DNA of 64,000 bases from an uncultured Methanosarcinales archaeon (GCA_964409385.1 CAYPCY010000002.1:79941-143940); one strand, 5' to 3'; counted from the first letter of the stretch, positions 50,142 to 60,111 are shown. Made by a program: numbers and translations. The notes: generated by a model not told the origin, from the sequence alone.

Positions 50142-50470
50142 ATTTTAGTTATGATAGAGAGAGTGATGATTTGTTCTTGTACAGTTCAAAATCTAAAGGA
50201 AGTATTGAAATTGGAGATTTTATTCTTGATTTTAATAACAGGAAGGAACTTGTTGGTTTAGAATTAATGAATGCTTCCAGGGTTCTTGAGGATATTACTG
50301 GTGAGAATGTTAATAAATTATTAAATAATCTTAAGAGTTGTTCAGTAAATATTAAGTCTTGTGGTAGTTTGTTAATAATTCAAATTCATTTAATTAGTGA
50401 GTCTAAAGAATTAAATCCTGTTATTTCATTCCCTTCTATTACTAAAAGTCCTTTTTTGGCTTTTGCTTGA
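50120..50470 (+). CDS. DUF2283-like putative antitoxin
   Basis: SYDRESDDLF, ILDFN..ELVGLELMNAS. Confidence 0.8.
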   Translation: MAKNNKMNFSYDRESDDLFLYSSKSKGSIEIGDFILDFNNRKELVGLELMNASRVLEDITGENVNKLLNNLKSCSVNIKSCGSLLIIQIHLISESKELNPVISFPSITKSPFLAFA

Positions 50471-50518
50471 AAGATTTAAAGTAGAACACTTAAAAACTAG
50501 TTCTTATTCTTTCTTTTA

Positions 50519-50731
50519 ATGAGTGGTTATTATCGTGAGTGGTATTTGAGGAATAAAGAGAAGAAGATACTGTATAATAGAGCTTATTATAATGAGAATA
50601 AGGATAGGATTAGGCAGAAGCAGAAGGAATATTATGATAGGGAAAAGCATGTTATAAACACTCAAAGAAAAGTCAGGAGAGACGAAGCTAGGATTAAAAG
50701 AAATATGGAAAGGTTAGAAGATTTACTTTAG
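50519..50731 (+). CDS. Small basic helical protein with (W/Y)YxxNK(E/D) repeats
   Basis: WYLRNKEK, YYNENKDR, YYDREKH. Confidence 0.65.
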   Translation: MSGYYREWYLRNKEKKILYNRAYYNENKDRIRQKQKEYYDREKHVINTQRKVRRDEARIKRNMERLEDLL

Positions 50732-50823
50732 GTTTTTGAATGTTCTTTCAAAATTTTATAACGAAAAGGATTTATTTTAACTAATTCTAGTTTTTCATAA
50801 ATGAGTTGGTTTTATTATGTACA

Positions 50824-51045
50824 TTAACGTTTTAACTTTCTGAACAATTCTTTTTCAGTTCCGTAAAGATTTTTTTCTTCACTTATCTTAATTAGTTTAT
50901 TCAATAGTTTTTTTTCTTCAAACAATTTTTCTCTTAAAGTTTCTTTAATGAATTCTTGCACTGTACCAAATCCGTTTTTTTCAGCATAGTCTTTAGCTGA
51001 AACTAACATTTTTTCAGATAAGCGAACATTCACTTGTTTATTCAT
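50824..51045 (-). CDS. Ribbon-helix-helix (CopG-like) protein
   Basis: MNKQVNVRL...TVQEFIKETLR; start at ATG 51045. Confidence 0.78.
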   Translation of the reverse strand: MNKQVNVRLSEKMLVSAKDYAEKNGFGTVQEFIKETLREKLFEEKKLLNKLIKISEEKNLYGTEKELFRKLKR

Positions 51046-51187
51046 ACTATCAATAGATACCATTAGATATTTAAACTTTTCGGATAAAAAGTCAACCTCC
51101 AACTAAACTAATAAAAGACTAATTAATAAAATCAAACCTTTAATTCTCGGAAAAAACTTTTTATACTAGAACTATTAAAGAATCATT

Positions 51188-51394
51188 ATGTGCGATTTCA
51201 AAAACTGGGACAAGAAAGTTAAAAAACTTAACATTTTTGACATTGGTTTGATTAAACTTTCAGTTTTAGCATTTACTTTATTCTTGTTAGCAATACTTCC
51301 TAAACTTAATGAGTTTCTAATGAGTATTCATTGGGGTTGGTATTTAGCTATTGCTATTATAGTTTCTTACAAGCCTTCAAAGAAGTTTTTCTAA
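51188..51394 (+). CDS. Small two-TM membrane protein
   Basis: DIGLIKLSV..., two hydrophobic segments. Confidence 0.7.
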   Translation: MCDFKNWDKKVKKLNIFDIGLIKLSVLAFTLFLLAILPKLNEFLMSIHWGWYLAIAIIVSYKPSKKFF

Positions 51395-52593
51395 TGTCTT
51401 CTAGTTCTTCTTTTATAGAATGGTTTTCCCCTATTATTCCTTTTGCTCTTAAAATCGGATTTTACTTGGACTGTTTTTATCCTTTCAAGAACTGGAGTTT
51501 CTACCTTATCAATTCTAAATTTAGAGTATGCATTTAACACTTTTGAAAAGTTGTCATAATCCACGTCACTTATTAGGTTGATTGCTTCTCCTTCTTCTCC
51601 TGCTCTTGCTGTTCTTCCTATCCTGTGAACATAGTCTTTTGCATCCATTGGAATTCCATAATTGTATACATGTGATACATTGTCTATATGTAATCCTCTT
51701 GCTGCAACGTCTGTACATACTAGAACAGCTACTGCCTTGTCATCGAATGTTTTCATCATTCTCATTCTTTTATTCTGTGTCAATCCACCGTGAATAGCCA
51801 CTGCTTTAACACCATTAACTTTCAGGTTCTTAGCAACAAAATCAGTTGTTTTCCTAGTATTGCAAAATACCATTGCTTGTTCTACACTTTCGTGTCTTAA
51901 CAATTGAACTAGCAAGCTTAATTTTTTATTTCTAGAAATATCATAATAGATTTGTTTTAGCTTGCTTGGATCTACATGTTGAACTGCGGATATTTTCACT
52001 GCATTATTCATGTACTTGTTAGATAATCTTCTAATCTCGTGTGAGATAGTTGCTGAAAAGAATAATGTTTGTTGTCTAGAATGACATTTTTTTATTATTT
52101 TCTCTACATCATCTATGAATCCCATATCTAACATTCTGTCTGCTTCATCTAGTACTAAGATTTTAACTTTGGACAAGTTTATAGTTCCCCTTTGTAAATG
52201 ATCTAACATTCTTCCAGGAGTTGCTACTACAACGTCCGTCTTTCTTAAATCATTAATTTGCGGATTTATAGATACTCCTCCATAAATTGCTGTTGTTCTC
52301 AAATGTTTTGAGTAAGAAAGTTGTTTTAAAGAATTCTTTACTTGCTCTGCCAATTCTCTTGTTGGTGTTAATACTATTGCTTGTATTCCCTTTCCAGGAA
52401 AGGAATTCTCTACAATTCCACAACCAAAAGCAAGTGTTTTTCCAGAACCAGTTGCTGATTCTCCAATAACATCCTTTCCTTTAATGATGTGTGGTATTGA
52501 TTTTTCTTGTATTTCTGTAGGTTTTGTGAACTTTAATTGCTCTATAACAGCAAATAAGTCTTTACTTAAACCTAAATTTTTAAATAAATTCAT
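51391..52593 (-). CDS. DEAD-box RNA helicase
   Basis: ATGSGKT, PTRELA, DEADRMLDMGF, SAT, HRIGRTAR. Confidence 0.97.
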   Translation of the reverse strand: MNLFKNLGLSKDLFAVIEQLKFTKPTEIQEKSIPHIIKGKDVIGESATGSGKTLAFGCGIVENSFPGKGIQAIVLTPTRELAEQVKNSLKQLSYSKHLRTTAIYGGVSINPQINDLRKTDVVVATPGRMLDHLQRGTINLSKVKILVLDEADRMLDMGFIDDVEKIIKKCHSRQQTLFFSATISHEIRRLSNKYMNNAVKISAVQHVDPSKLKQIYYDISRNKKLSLLVQLLRHESVEQAMVFCNTRKTTDFVAKNLKVNGVKAVAIHGGLTQNKRMRMMKTFDDKAVAVLVCTDVAARGLHIDNVSHVYNYGIPMDAKDYVHRIGRTARAGEEGEAINLISDVDYDNFSKVLNAYSKFRIDKVETPVLERIKTVQVKSDFKSKRNNRGKPFYKRRTRRH

Positions 52594-52795
52594 TTGTTTA
52601 CCTCTTGTAATATTTACTTAGAAAAAGCGAAGTGATTGTTCAAGTGCTTTCTCCCTTCGAATAAATAGTACTTTTACCTTAGAAATTGCATTTCTTTTTT
52701 AAAGCTTCTTGTTTTCGTTACATTTTTTTGAAAAAGTTATGATAAACAGAATGTTTTTAGTTAAGTTTTTATATTCCTAAATTATCTAAAGTATT

Positions 52796-52993
52796 ATGTT
52801 AATGATAATAAAAGAGATTATATTTTATTTGCTTTTAATTGATAGTGTAGGTGCTAACCTTGGCGCATGGTTTTTTCCAAAATGGTATACAAAAAATTTC
52901 AAATGGTTTGCTAAAAGATTTCCTTTAATAAAAAGCTGGTGCATATTATATTTGTTACTGGTTTTATGGATTGGTTATCTAGTATATTTTTAA
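52796..52993 (+). CDS. Small membrane protein
   Basis: Two hydrophobic segments; behind a TATA box. Confidence 0.65.
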   Translation: MLMIIKEIIFYLLLIDSVGANLGAWFFPKWYTKNFKWFAKRFPLIKSWCILYLLLVLWIGYLVYF

Positions 52994-53283
52994 TGATTAT
53001 GGGTGGGGGAGAAATAAATATTTTTAAGAGGTTCAAAAATAAAGAATTTGATAATCTGGAATATTTGATTCTGAAAGATAATAATATAAGTTGTATTTCT
53101 TCTGATTTGAATAATCTTGTAAAGAGTATATCTAAGATTTCTAAAGAGGATAGTATTAATAAGATTGTCTATAATCAAAAGATACCGGAAGGGATGAATA
53201 GTGGATATTTCTATGGATGTTTAAGCATTGATGAAACGAGAGAGATAGATAAATATATTGATAAAACAAAAATTTTTAGTTAG
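52993..53283 (+). CDS. Hypothetical protein
   Basis: TAATG-coupled to the previous gene. Confidence 0.45.
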   Translation: MIMGGGEINIFKRFKNKEFDNLEYLILKDNNISCISSDLNNLVKSISKISKEDSINKIVYNQKIPEGMNSGYFYGCLSIDETREIDKYIDKTKIFS

Positions 53284-53314
53284 TTTTTTATATTATATAA
53301 TCAAACTTAATTGA

Positions 53315-53905
53315 ATGTTTGTTTTTGATTTTGATGGTGTGATTGCAGATTCTTTCCAGCAAGTTACTAATATATTCCATAAGGTAGGTAAAGAATATGG
53401 AGTAATAGTTAATTCTGAGGATGACTTGGCAAGACTTTATGAAAATAATATTTTTGATTCTTTAAGAAAGAGGGGATTGTCAGAGAATGAAATTCAAGAG
53501 ATGATTCTTAAGATTAGGACTGAACAAGAAAAGTTAGAAATTAAATTGTTTCCTGGAATGAAAACTTTCCTTAAAAAAATTGATTTTATTGTAATAACTT
53601 CTAACATTGGTAGTATTGTTAAAAAATATTTAAACGAACATGGTATAAAACCTATTAGTGTTATTGGTGCAGAGCATGAAACTAGTAAGGTGAAGAAACT
53701 TCTTAAAATTAAAAACAACAAAACATTTTATATTGGAGATACTGTTGGGGATATTAAGGAAGGGAAGTTAGCAAAGGTTAAGACTATTGCAGTAACTTGG
53801 GGTTTTCATAATAAAACAGTCTTAAAAAAGGAAAATCCTGATTTTGTGACAGATTCTATTAAGGATTTAGAAAATATTTATATAAGAGAAAATAAGAAAT
53901 TTTAG
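53315..53905 (+). CDS. HAD-family phosphatase
   Basis: FDFDGV, TSN, K, GDTVGD. Confidence 0.92.
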   Translation: MFVFDFDGVIADSFQQVTNIFHKVGKEYGVIVNSEDDLARLYENNIFDSLRKRGLSENEIQEMILKIRTEQEKLEIKLFPGMKTFLKKIDFIVITSNIGSIVKKYLNEHGIKPISVIGAEHETSKVKKLLKIKNNKTFYIGDTVGDIKEGKLAKVKTIAVTWGFHNKTVLKKENPDFVTDSIKDLENIYIRENKKF

Positions 53906-53907
53906 TA

Positions 53908-54594
53908 ATGGCAGATCTTAAATCATGGATTGATGAACAAAAAGCGAAGGGTTTTACTGAAGATCAATTAAAGGAACATCTTAAAAAGAATGGTTATGAT
54001 GATGCTAAGATTAATGAAGCGTTCACTCCAGAACCTCCAAGTCCTCAATTAAGTACTGCTGAACAACCAACTCCAAATCCTGTTCCTGAACAAACAACAA
54101 TTCCTGAAGGTTCTTTACCTAAAAAATCAAAATCTATAAATTTTATTATTATTGGTGTTATTGCAGTTTTAGCAATTGCATTCATTGTTTATTTGAACAT
54201 GGGTCCTACTAATTGTCCTGATGAGGCTTGTTTTACAGAAAATTTGAAAAAGTGTGAAAAGGCAGTTTTTGTTTCTGAAGGGAATGATGGAAAGATAAGA
54301 CAAACAATTACTAGTGGTAGAAGTTTAGACGAGCAAGGTAATATTGAGTGGTGTAATGTTAAGACTGAAGTTCTCACATCACCAATTCAGGAAGTTGTTG
54401 GTTTGAGTATGGTTTGTAAGATGCCTATTAGTAGTATTTCTATTCCTGAATGTAATGGTGAATTGTGGGAGTACACTCAAGCTCAAATGCAGGCGGCATT
54501 GGATGCCATGGGTGATTTAATAAGTAATACTACAAGTGGGGGAATGCCTGATGTTGATTTACCTGATGGTTTTCCAAGCCTTGACTTTCCATAA
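53908..54594 (+). CDS. Single-TM protein with Pro-rich linker and Cys-rich outer domain
   Basis: N-terminal KGF...KNGY helical unit, PEPP linker, TM helix, CPDEAC...C. Confidence 0.7.
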   Translation: MADLKSWIDEQKAKGFTEDQLKEHLKKNGYDDAKINEAFTPEPPSPQLSTAEQPTPNPVPEQTTIPEGSLPKKSKSINFIIIGVIAVLAIAFIVYLNMGPTNCPDEACFTENLKKCEKAVFVSEGNDGKIRQTITSGRSLDEQGNIEWCNVKTEVLTSPIQEVVGLSMVCKMPISSISIPECNGELWEYTQAQMQAALDAMGDLISNTTSGGMPDVDLPDGFPSLDFP

Positions 54595-55332
54595 CCAGTA
54601 AATACTTATTATTATCATTATTAGATTTAGCCATTGTCCAACTCCTAAATTAAAATAAAGCGTTTCTTCTTTGTAAAAGTCTATTATGAACCTTCCTAGA
54701 GCGTATAAGAAAACAAATGAATAAAACACAACTCCTGGCTTTAATTTCTTAAATAAATAAAGAGGTAGTAAAATAACAAACACAGTAAGATTCTTTAACG
54801 AAGCATAAAGTTGGTATGCGTGTCTGTAAACTAATTCGCCATTGGAAGTTTCATTATTGAAATTAACTCCTAAGGAAGAATCAGTAATTTTGCCAACTAA
54901 TTCTGAATTAATATAATTTGCAATTCTTCCTAGGAACAAGAAGAAGCTTAAGGGCAGCATTAACAAATCGGCTAATTTATAGAAATTAATTTGTTCCTTC
55001 TTACAAAAGAAGTATGAATAAACAACCCCGCCTAATAAACCACCGTGAAAACTAAGGCCTCCCTTCCATATTTTAATTATTTCTATTGGATTACTTAAGT
55101 AGTATCCTGGACTCCATACTAAAACTTCAAAAATTCTAGCTCCTAAAATACTAAAGACCATCACATAAAAAATATAATCATCTATCTTCCCTACAGGAAA
55201 TTTCATCTTACGACTTAATTTCTTAATTAGATAATAACTAAATAAGAAACCGATTAAATAAACTAGTCCGTAATACCTAATCTGCAATCCTAGAATTTCA
55301 AAAGCGACAGGATCTATATTGTTGATGAACAT
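54559..55332 (-). CDS. lgt: Prolipoprotein diacylglyceryl transferase
   Basis: IDPVA, RYYG, WKGGLSFHGG, GRIANYINSELVG, RH..QLY, Y..GRF, GQW. Confidence 0.92.
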   Translation of the reverse strand: MFINNIDPVAFEILGLQIRYYGLVYLIGFLFSYYLIKKLSRKMKFPVGKIDDYIFYVMVFSILGARIFEVLVWSPGYYLSNPIEIIKIWKGGLSFHGGLLGGVVYSYFFCKKEQINFYKLADLLMLPLSFFLFLGRIANYINSELVGKITDSSLGVNFNNETSNGELVYRHAYQLYASLKNLTVFVILLPLYLFKKLKPGVVFYSFVFLYALGRFIIDFYKEETLYFNLGVGQWLNLIMIIISIYWLWKVKAWKTIR

Positions 55333-55417
55333 ATAAATTAAAAAAGCAATTAATTATTTAATATTATCGCAACCTTAATATACTTCTTATAACAACTTTT
55401 AACTAAAGGGGTGTATT

Positions 55418-56599
55418 ATGGAAGTTTTGAGTTTGTTTTTAATTCTTTTGGGATTGTCTTTCATACTTTCAGAGTTTTTCGAATCTAAAAGAATTCCTAA
55501 ATTCCTCGGTCCCTTGCTAGTAGGTATTATTTTTGGATTACCATTATTAAAACCTTTAATTGTTGATTCTTTAGATTTTATTAAGGTCTTTGCAGATTTG
55601 GGTTTATTATTCTTAATGTTTTATACTGGATTGCAGATTGACTTGAATGTTTTCAGAAAGAAGAATCATGAGCCTATAGTGCATGGATTCTTAACTTTCT
55701 TACTGCCTTTCGTACTAGGTTTCTTCACAACTTTATACTTTGGATTTCCTTTAATTGTAGCATTAATTGTGGGTATTGCATTATCTGTAACTTCCGAGGC
55801 TATTGCAGTTAGTATTCTTGAAGAGTTCAATCTTAAAAGAAGAAAGATTGGAAGAACAGTATTAGCTTCTGGATTGGTGGATGATATTATTGGTATTGTA
55901 TTACTTTCTGTAATTGTTAGTTTCATTACTTTTTCTAACGAGCTCATGAGTCTTGGTTTTTTCTTTCTTGAAATTTTGGCTTTCATAATTGTTTTAATTA
56001 TTACTAGGTTTTTGTTAATTCCTAAACTATTAAAATTTGTTAATAATAAGTCCGAGTCGGAACTCCTAGTTTCCATGATTCTTTTAGCAGTATTGATGGC
56101 TTTAGCTGCTGATTATTTGGGGTTGAGTTCTATTATTGGTGCTGTAATTGCGGGTATTCTTATTAGACATGTCCTTAACCTCACAAGAAAACATTATGAG
56201 GAGGCTAAGATTGAAAAGTTAATTAGGATTGTTTCTTTCGAATTCTTAACTGTATTCTTTTATATTTGGGTGGGATTTCATGCGGATTTTTCATTAATTA
56301 ATCCTTTACTAGCAATATCACTAATTATTATTGCATTCTTAGGGAAGATTTTGGGAAGTACAATTTCAGGATTTTTCTATAAGAGATCTTTCAAATTTTC
56401 TCACTTGGTAGGTTGGGGTTTAAGTCCTAGGGGTGCTTTAGAACTTGCAATCTTGGAGATTGCTAGACAGTTTAATCTGATTCCTTTAGAATTATATTCT
56501 GCCATTGTTTTCATGGCTGTTACTACTATTGTTATTTCTCCTTTGGTATTCACTTTCTTAATTCGGAAAAATCATGCTCTACTTAAGGATAAGTTTTAA
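55418..56599 (+). CDS. Cation:proton antiporter (CPA2/KefB-like)
   Basis: LMFYTGL, SVTS, VDD, PRG. Confidence 0.9.
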   Translation: MEVLSLFLILLGLSFILSEFFESKRIPKFLGPLLVGIIFGLPLLKPLIVDSLDFIKVFADLGLLFLMFYTGLQIDLNVFRKKNHEPIVHGFLTFLLPFVLGFFTTLYFGFPLIVALIVGIALSVTSEAIAVSILEEFNLKRRKIGRTVLASGLVDDIIGIVLLSVIVSFITFSNELMSLGFFFLEILAFIIVLIITRFLLIPKLLKFVNNKSESELLVSMILLAVLMALAADYLGLSSIIGAVIAGILIRHVLNLTRKHYEEAKIEKLIRIVSFEFLTVFFYIWVGFHADFSLINPLLAISLIIIAFLGKILGSTISGFFYKRSFKFSHLVGWGLSPRGALELAILEIARQFNLIPLELYSAIVFMAVTTIVISPLVFTFLIRKNHALLKDKF

Positions 56600-56686
56600 A
56601 TAGTAGTTTTCTACTTCTTTGACTATGTTACAAACTTTAGTAGCTTCTATGATTATTATTTAGCTACGGCAGTTTTTTTAACTGCT
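56595..56686 (+). promoter_or_regulatory. ileS leader: TATA box, leader peptide MLQTLVASMIII* (56625-56663), hairpin containing T7
   Basis: TTTAAATA at 56595 is 30 nt before ATG 56625; ATT ATT ATT TAG; GGCAGTT-TTTTT-AACTGCT. Confidence 0.6.
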
Positions 56687-56709
56687 AATTATAAAATGCT
56701 TAGTGTAAA

Positions 56710-59700
56710 ATGTACAATTTTAAAAAAACAGAAAGGGAAATTGAAAAGTTTTGGAAGACTGTAAAGTCTAGAAAGAATAAGGGAAAACCTTATTTCTTAC
56801 TTGATGGTCCTCCATATGCTAATTTTGTTCCTCATGTTGGTCATGTTAGGAATACTGTATACAAGGATTTCTATATTAGGTGGGCTTTCATGAAAGGATA
56901 TAATGTTTTATTCCAGCCTGGTTTTGACACTCATGGCCTGCCTATAGAGAATGCTGTGGAGAAAAAGTTAAAGCTTAAATCAAAGTCTGATATTGAAAGG
57001 TTAGGAATTTCTAAATTTGTTAAGTTGTGTAAAGAATCTGCAACTAATAATAAGGATTTGTGGCTGGATATTTACAGAAGATTAGGTTCTCATTATGCTT
57101 CAAAAACTCCTTATATTACTTATGAGAATAATTATTTAGAGTCTGCATGGTGGGCTTTTAAGCAATTGTGGGATAAGAATTTGGCTTATGAAGGTAAGCG
57201 TCCTGTTTTTTGGTGTCCTACTTGTGAAACTGCACTGGCTGGTTATGAAGTTACTGATTCTTACAAGAATGTTACTGACCCTTCAATTTATGTTAAGTTT
57301 AAAGTAAAAAATAAAAACGAATTCTTACTTGTTTACACTACTACTCCTTGGACTCTACCTTCTAATGTTGCCATTGTTGTAAGTTCTGAGGCTGATTATG
57401 TTAAGGTAAAGACTGAAAAGGGCGTTTTAATAATTGCTAAGAATAGACTTTCTTTATTGAAAGAGTTAAAACTAAAATATGAACTTCTTAAGACTTTCAA
57501 GGGGAAGAAACTAAAAGGTTTAGAGTATGAATCAATATTGGACATTCCGTTACAGAAGGAATTAGCAAAAAATCCTAATGCGTTAAAGGTTTATTTGTCA
57601 ATTCCTATATTGAAAGAACGAGTCGCTTCTAAAGTTGCCGCTAAGAAGAATATTTCTTCAGGGGATGTTTTTGAAGAGTTTGTTACTGTTGAGAGTGGTT
57701 CTGGACTGGTTCATACTGCTCCTGGTCATGGAAAGTCTGATAATGAGGTTGGTAAGGTTTACAAATTACCAAGTCCTAGTCCTTTGGATGATTCTTGCAA
57801 GTTCACTGATGATGCGGGAGTGTTTCAGGGAGAGTTTGTTAAGGATGCAGACCATGCAATTTTAGATGTTTTACATAAAACTGATAGATTATTAAATTAT
57901 GATAAGATTGAACATAGTTATCCTTTATGTTGGCGTTGTAAGGCTCCTTTGATTTTTAGGATGAGTAATCAGTGGTTTTTGAAGGTTGATCCTTTAAAGA
58001 AGAAAATGCTTCAGTCTAATGAAAGGGTTGATTGGCAGCCTGACTTTGCCAAGGATAGGTTTAGAAACTGGGTTGCTAATGCTGAAGATTGGAATTTTTC
58101 CAGACAGAGATATTGGGGTATTCCAATTCCTATTTGGAAGTGCGAATGTGGTAATATTAAGGTGGTTGGTAGTGTTAAAGATTTAGAAAAGAATTCGAAA
58201 AAACTTCCTAAGAATTTTGATTTACATACTGTTTCAAACATTAAATTAAATTGTTCTTGTAAGAAAAAAATGTCTAGGATTAATGATATTTTTGATGTTT
58301 GGTTTGATTCTGGATGTGCGCCTTTCGCTGCGTTTCATTATCCTTTCGAAAATAAGAAATTGTTTGAGTCTCACTTTCCGGTTAGTAGGATTAATGAGGC
58401 TCAAGATCAGATTAGGGGTTGGTTTTATAGTTTGATGTTTGTTGGAATGGGAGTGTTTAATAAGGCACCTTATAAGACTGTTTCAATGCCTGGCTGGGTG
58501 TTAGATCCTAACGGGGATAAAATGTCTAAATCTCTTGGTAATGTTGTTTGGGCGAAAGATGCGTTGAAAGATTATGGTTCTGATGCTGTAAGGTTTTATT
58601 ATTTTTGGGATATTGATCCTGTCAGTACTCAAAAGTTTAATCTTGCAGGTAATAAGTTGGAAGTTTTCAAATTTTTTAATATTCTTTGGAATCTTCATTT
58701 GTTAGTGTTGGAAGAAAATAAATTACCACAACCAAAATTTTCTAGAGTAGAAGATAAGTGGATTCTTTCTAGGACGAATACTGTATTGAAAAATTTGTAT
58801 GATTCGTATGATAATTTTAAGTTACATAGTGGAACTAGGGATTTATATGATTTTGTTGTTGAGGATATTAGTAGGACTTATGTTCAAATGACTAGGGAGA
58901 GGATGGCTGATGATAAGGAGCCGCTTGCAGTATTGAATCATGTTTTATTAAGGGTTGTTAGGGCATTATGTTCTGTTAGTCCTTTTATTACTGAAAAGAT
59001 TTATCAAAACTTAAAAAAACTGAATAAATTAAAGGATTCAGTGCATAATGATTCTTTACCTGGACTTGGAGATTCTAATAAGAAGTTAGAGGATGAGTTT
59101 AGTTTGGCTTCTGAAATTATTGCTTCTGGTCTTGCTTGTAGGGATAGGGCGAGAGTTGGTGTTAGGTGGCCTTTGAAAGAATTGGTTATTGATTCTAAGC
59201 CTTTGAAGAAGTTAGAACCTTTGATAAAACAACAATTGAATATTAAGAATGTAGTTTTTAAAAAGCCAAAGTTTGATATTAAGACAAAACCTAACTTTAG
59301 AAGTTTGGGGAAGAGTTTTGGGACTGAAACTGCTGATGTTCTTGAACTTATTAAGAAGAGGGAGATTAAGAAATTTCCTTTAAAGCTTGGAAAGTTCAAA
59401 TTGGGGAGGGAACATTTTATTGTTGAGAAGATTTCTCCAGATGGTTTTGTTGTTTCAGAATTTAAGAATGGTTTAGTAATGCTTAATTTAGAAACTAATG
59501 ATGAACTTGAAAATGAAGGTTTTGCTAGGGAAATTGTTAGAAGGTTGCAACAATTAAGGAAGGAGTCTGATTTGAAGAAGTCTGACTTGGTTAATATTTA
59601 TGTTTTTGGTGCGGATAATTTAAAGAAATATTTGGAGAGTTATAAGAAGAAAATTGGTGCTAAAAAATTAGAGTATAAAAATATTAAAGGGTCTGTTAGT

Positions 59701-59745
59701 TTTGAAGTTAAGAATAGAACTTTTAGGATTGGTTTGAAAAAATAA
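56710..59745 (+). CDS. ileS: Isoleucine--tRNA ligase (archaeal/eukaryotic type)
   Basis: DGPPYAN, HVGH, TTTPWTLP, SRQRYWG, DQIRGWF, KMSKS. Confidence 0.96.
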   Translation: MYNFKKTEREIEKFWKTVKSRKNKGKPYFLLDGPPYANFVPHVGHVRNTVYKDFYIRWAFMKGYNVLFQPGFDTHGLPIENAVEKKLKLKSKSDIERLGISKFVKLCKESATNNKDLWLDIYRRLGSHYASKTPYITYENNYLESAWWAFKQLWDKNLAYEGKRPVFWCPTCETALAGYEVTDSYKNVTDPSIYVKFKVKNKNEFLLVYTTTPWTLPSNVAIVVSSEADYVKVKTEKGVLIIAKNRLSLLKELKLKYELLKTFKGKKLKGLEYESILDIPLQKELAKNPNALKVYLSIPILKERVASKVAAKKNISSGDVFEEFVTVESGSGLVHTAPGHGKSDNEVGKVYKLPSPSPLDDSCKFTDDAGVFQGEFVKDADHAILDVLHKTDRLLNYDKIEHSYPLCWRCKAPLIFRMSNQWFLKVDPLKKKMLQSNERVDWQPDFAKDRFRNWVANAEDWNFSRQRYWGIPIPIWKCECGNIKVVGSVKDLEKNSKKLPKNFDLHTVSNIKLNCSCKKKMSRINDIFDVWFDSGCAPFAAFHYPFENKKLFESHFPVSRINEAQDQIRGWFYSLMFVGMGVFNKAPYKTVSMPGWVLDPNGDKMSKSLGNVVWAKDALKDYGSDAVRFYYFWDIDPVSTQKFNLAGNKLEVFKFFNILWNLHLLVLEENKLPQPKFSRVEDKWILSRTNTVLKNLYDSYDNFKLHSGTRDLYDFVVEDISRTYVQMTRERMADDKEPLAVLNHVLLRVVRALCSVSPFITEKIYQNLKKLNKLKDSVHNDSLPGLGDSNKKLEDEFSLASEIIASGLACRDRARVGVRWPLKELVIDSKPLKKLEPLIKQQLNIKNVVFKKPKFDIKTKPNFRSLGKSFGTETADVLELIKKREIKKFPLKLGKFKLGREHFIVEKISPDGFVVSEFKNGLVMLNLETNDELENEGFAREIVRRLQQLRKESDLKKSDLVNIYVFGADNLKKYLESYKKKIGAKKLEYKNIKGSVSFEVKNRTFRIGLKK

Positions 59746-59835
59746 GTTTTTTTCTCGCGTTAATCACAATATTTAAGAAATATTTCTATAGATTAGTATT
59801 AAACTCTTATTAAGTATTTTTTAATTTAGTTTTTA

Positions 59836-60111
59836 ATGAAAAGAAAAACTATAAAAGTAAGTAGATACATAGATATACTAAATAAACTTGAAAAACAGGT
59901 TTTTATAACTCCTCACGCTATAAAACAAGCTAGAAAAAGAAATATTTTTCCTAACATGATATTTGCAACAATGTGCGGAGGAAGAATAAAAAATTATGGC
60001 AAGAATTATTTGAAAATAAATAAGAGATACAAACAAGGAATAGTAACTTGTGTTTGTGAAAAAGTTAATGAAAATATAATAATAAAAACTGTGACTTGGA
60101 GGAAATTATAA
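59836..60111 (+). CDS. DUF4258-like putative RNase toxin
   Basis: ITPHA..Q..KRNI...IIKTV. Confidence 0.65.
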   Translation: MKRKTIKVSRYIDILNKLEKQVFITPHAIKQARKRNIFPNMIFATMCGGRIKNYGKNYLKINKRYKQGIVTCVCEKVNENIIIKTVTWRKL

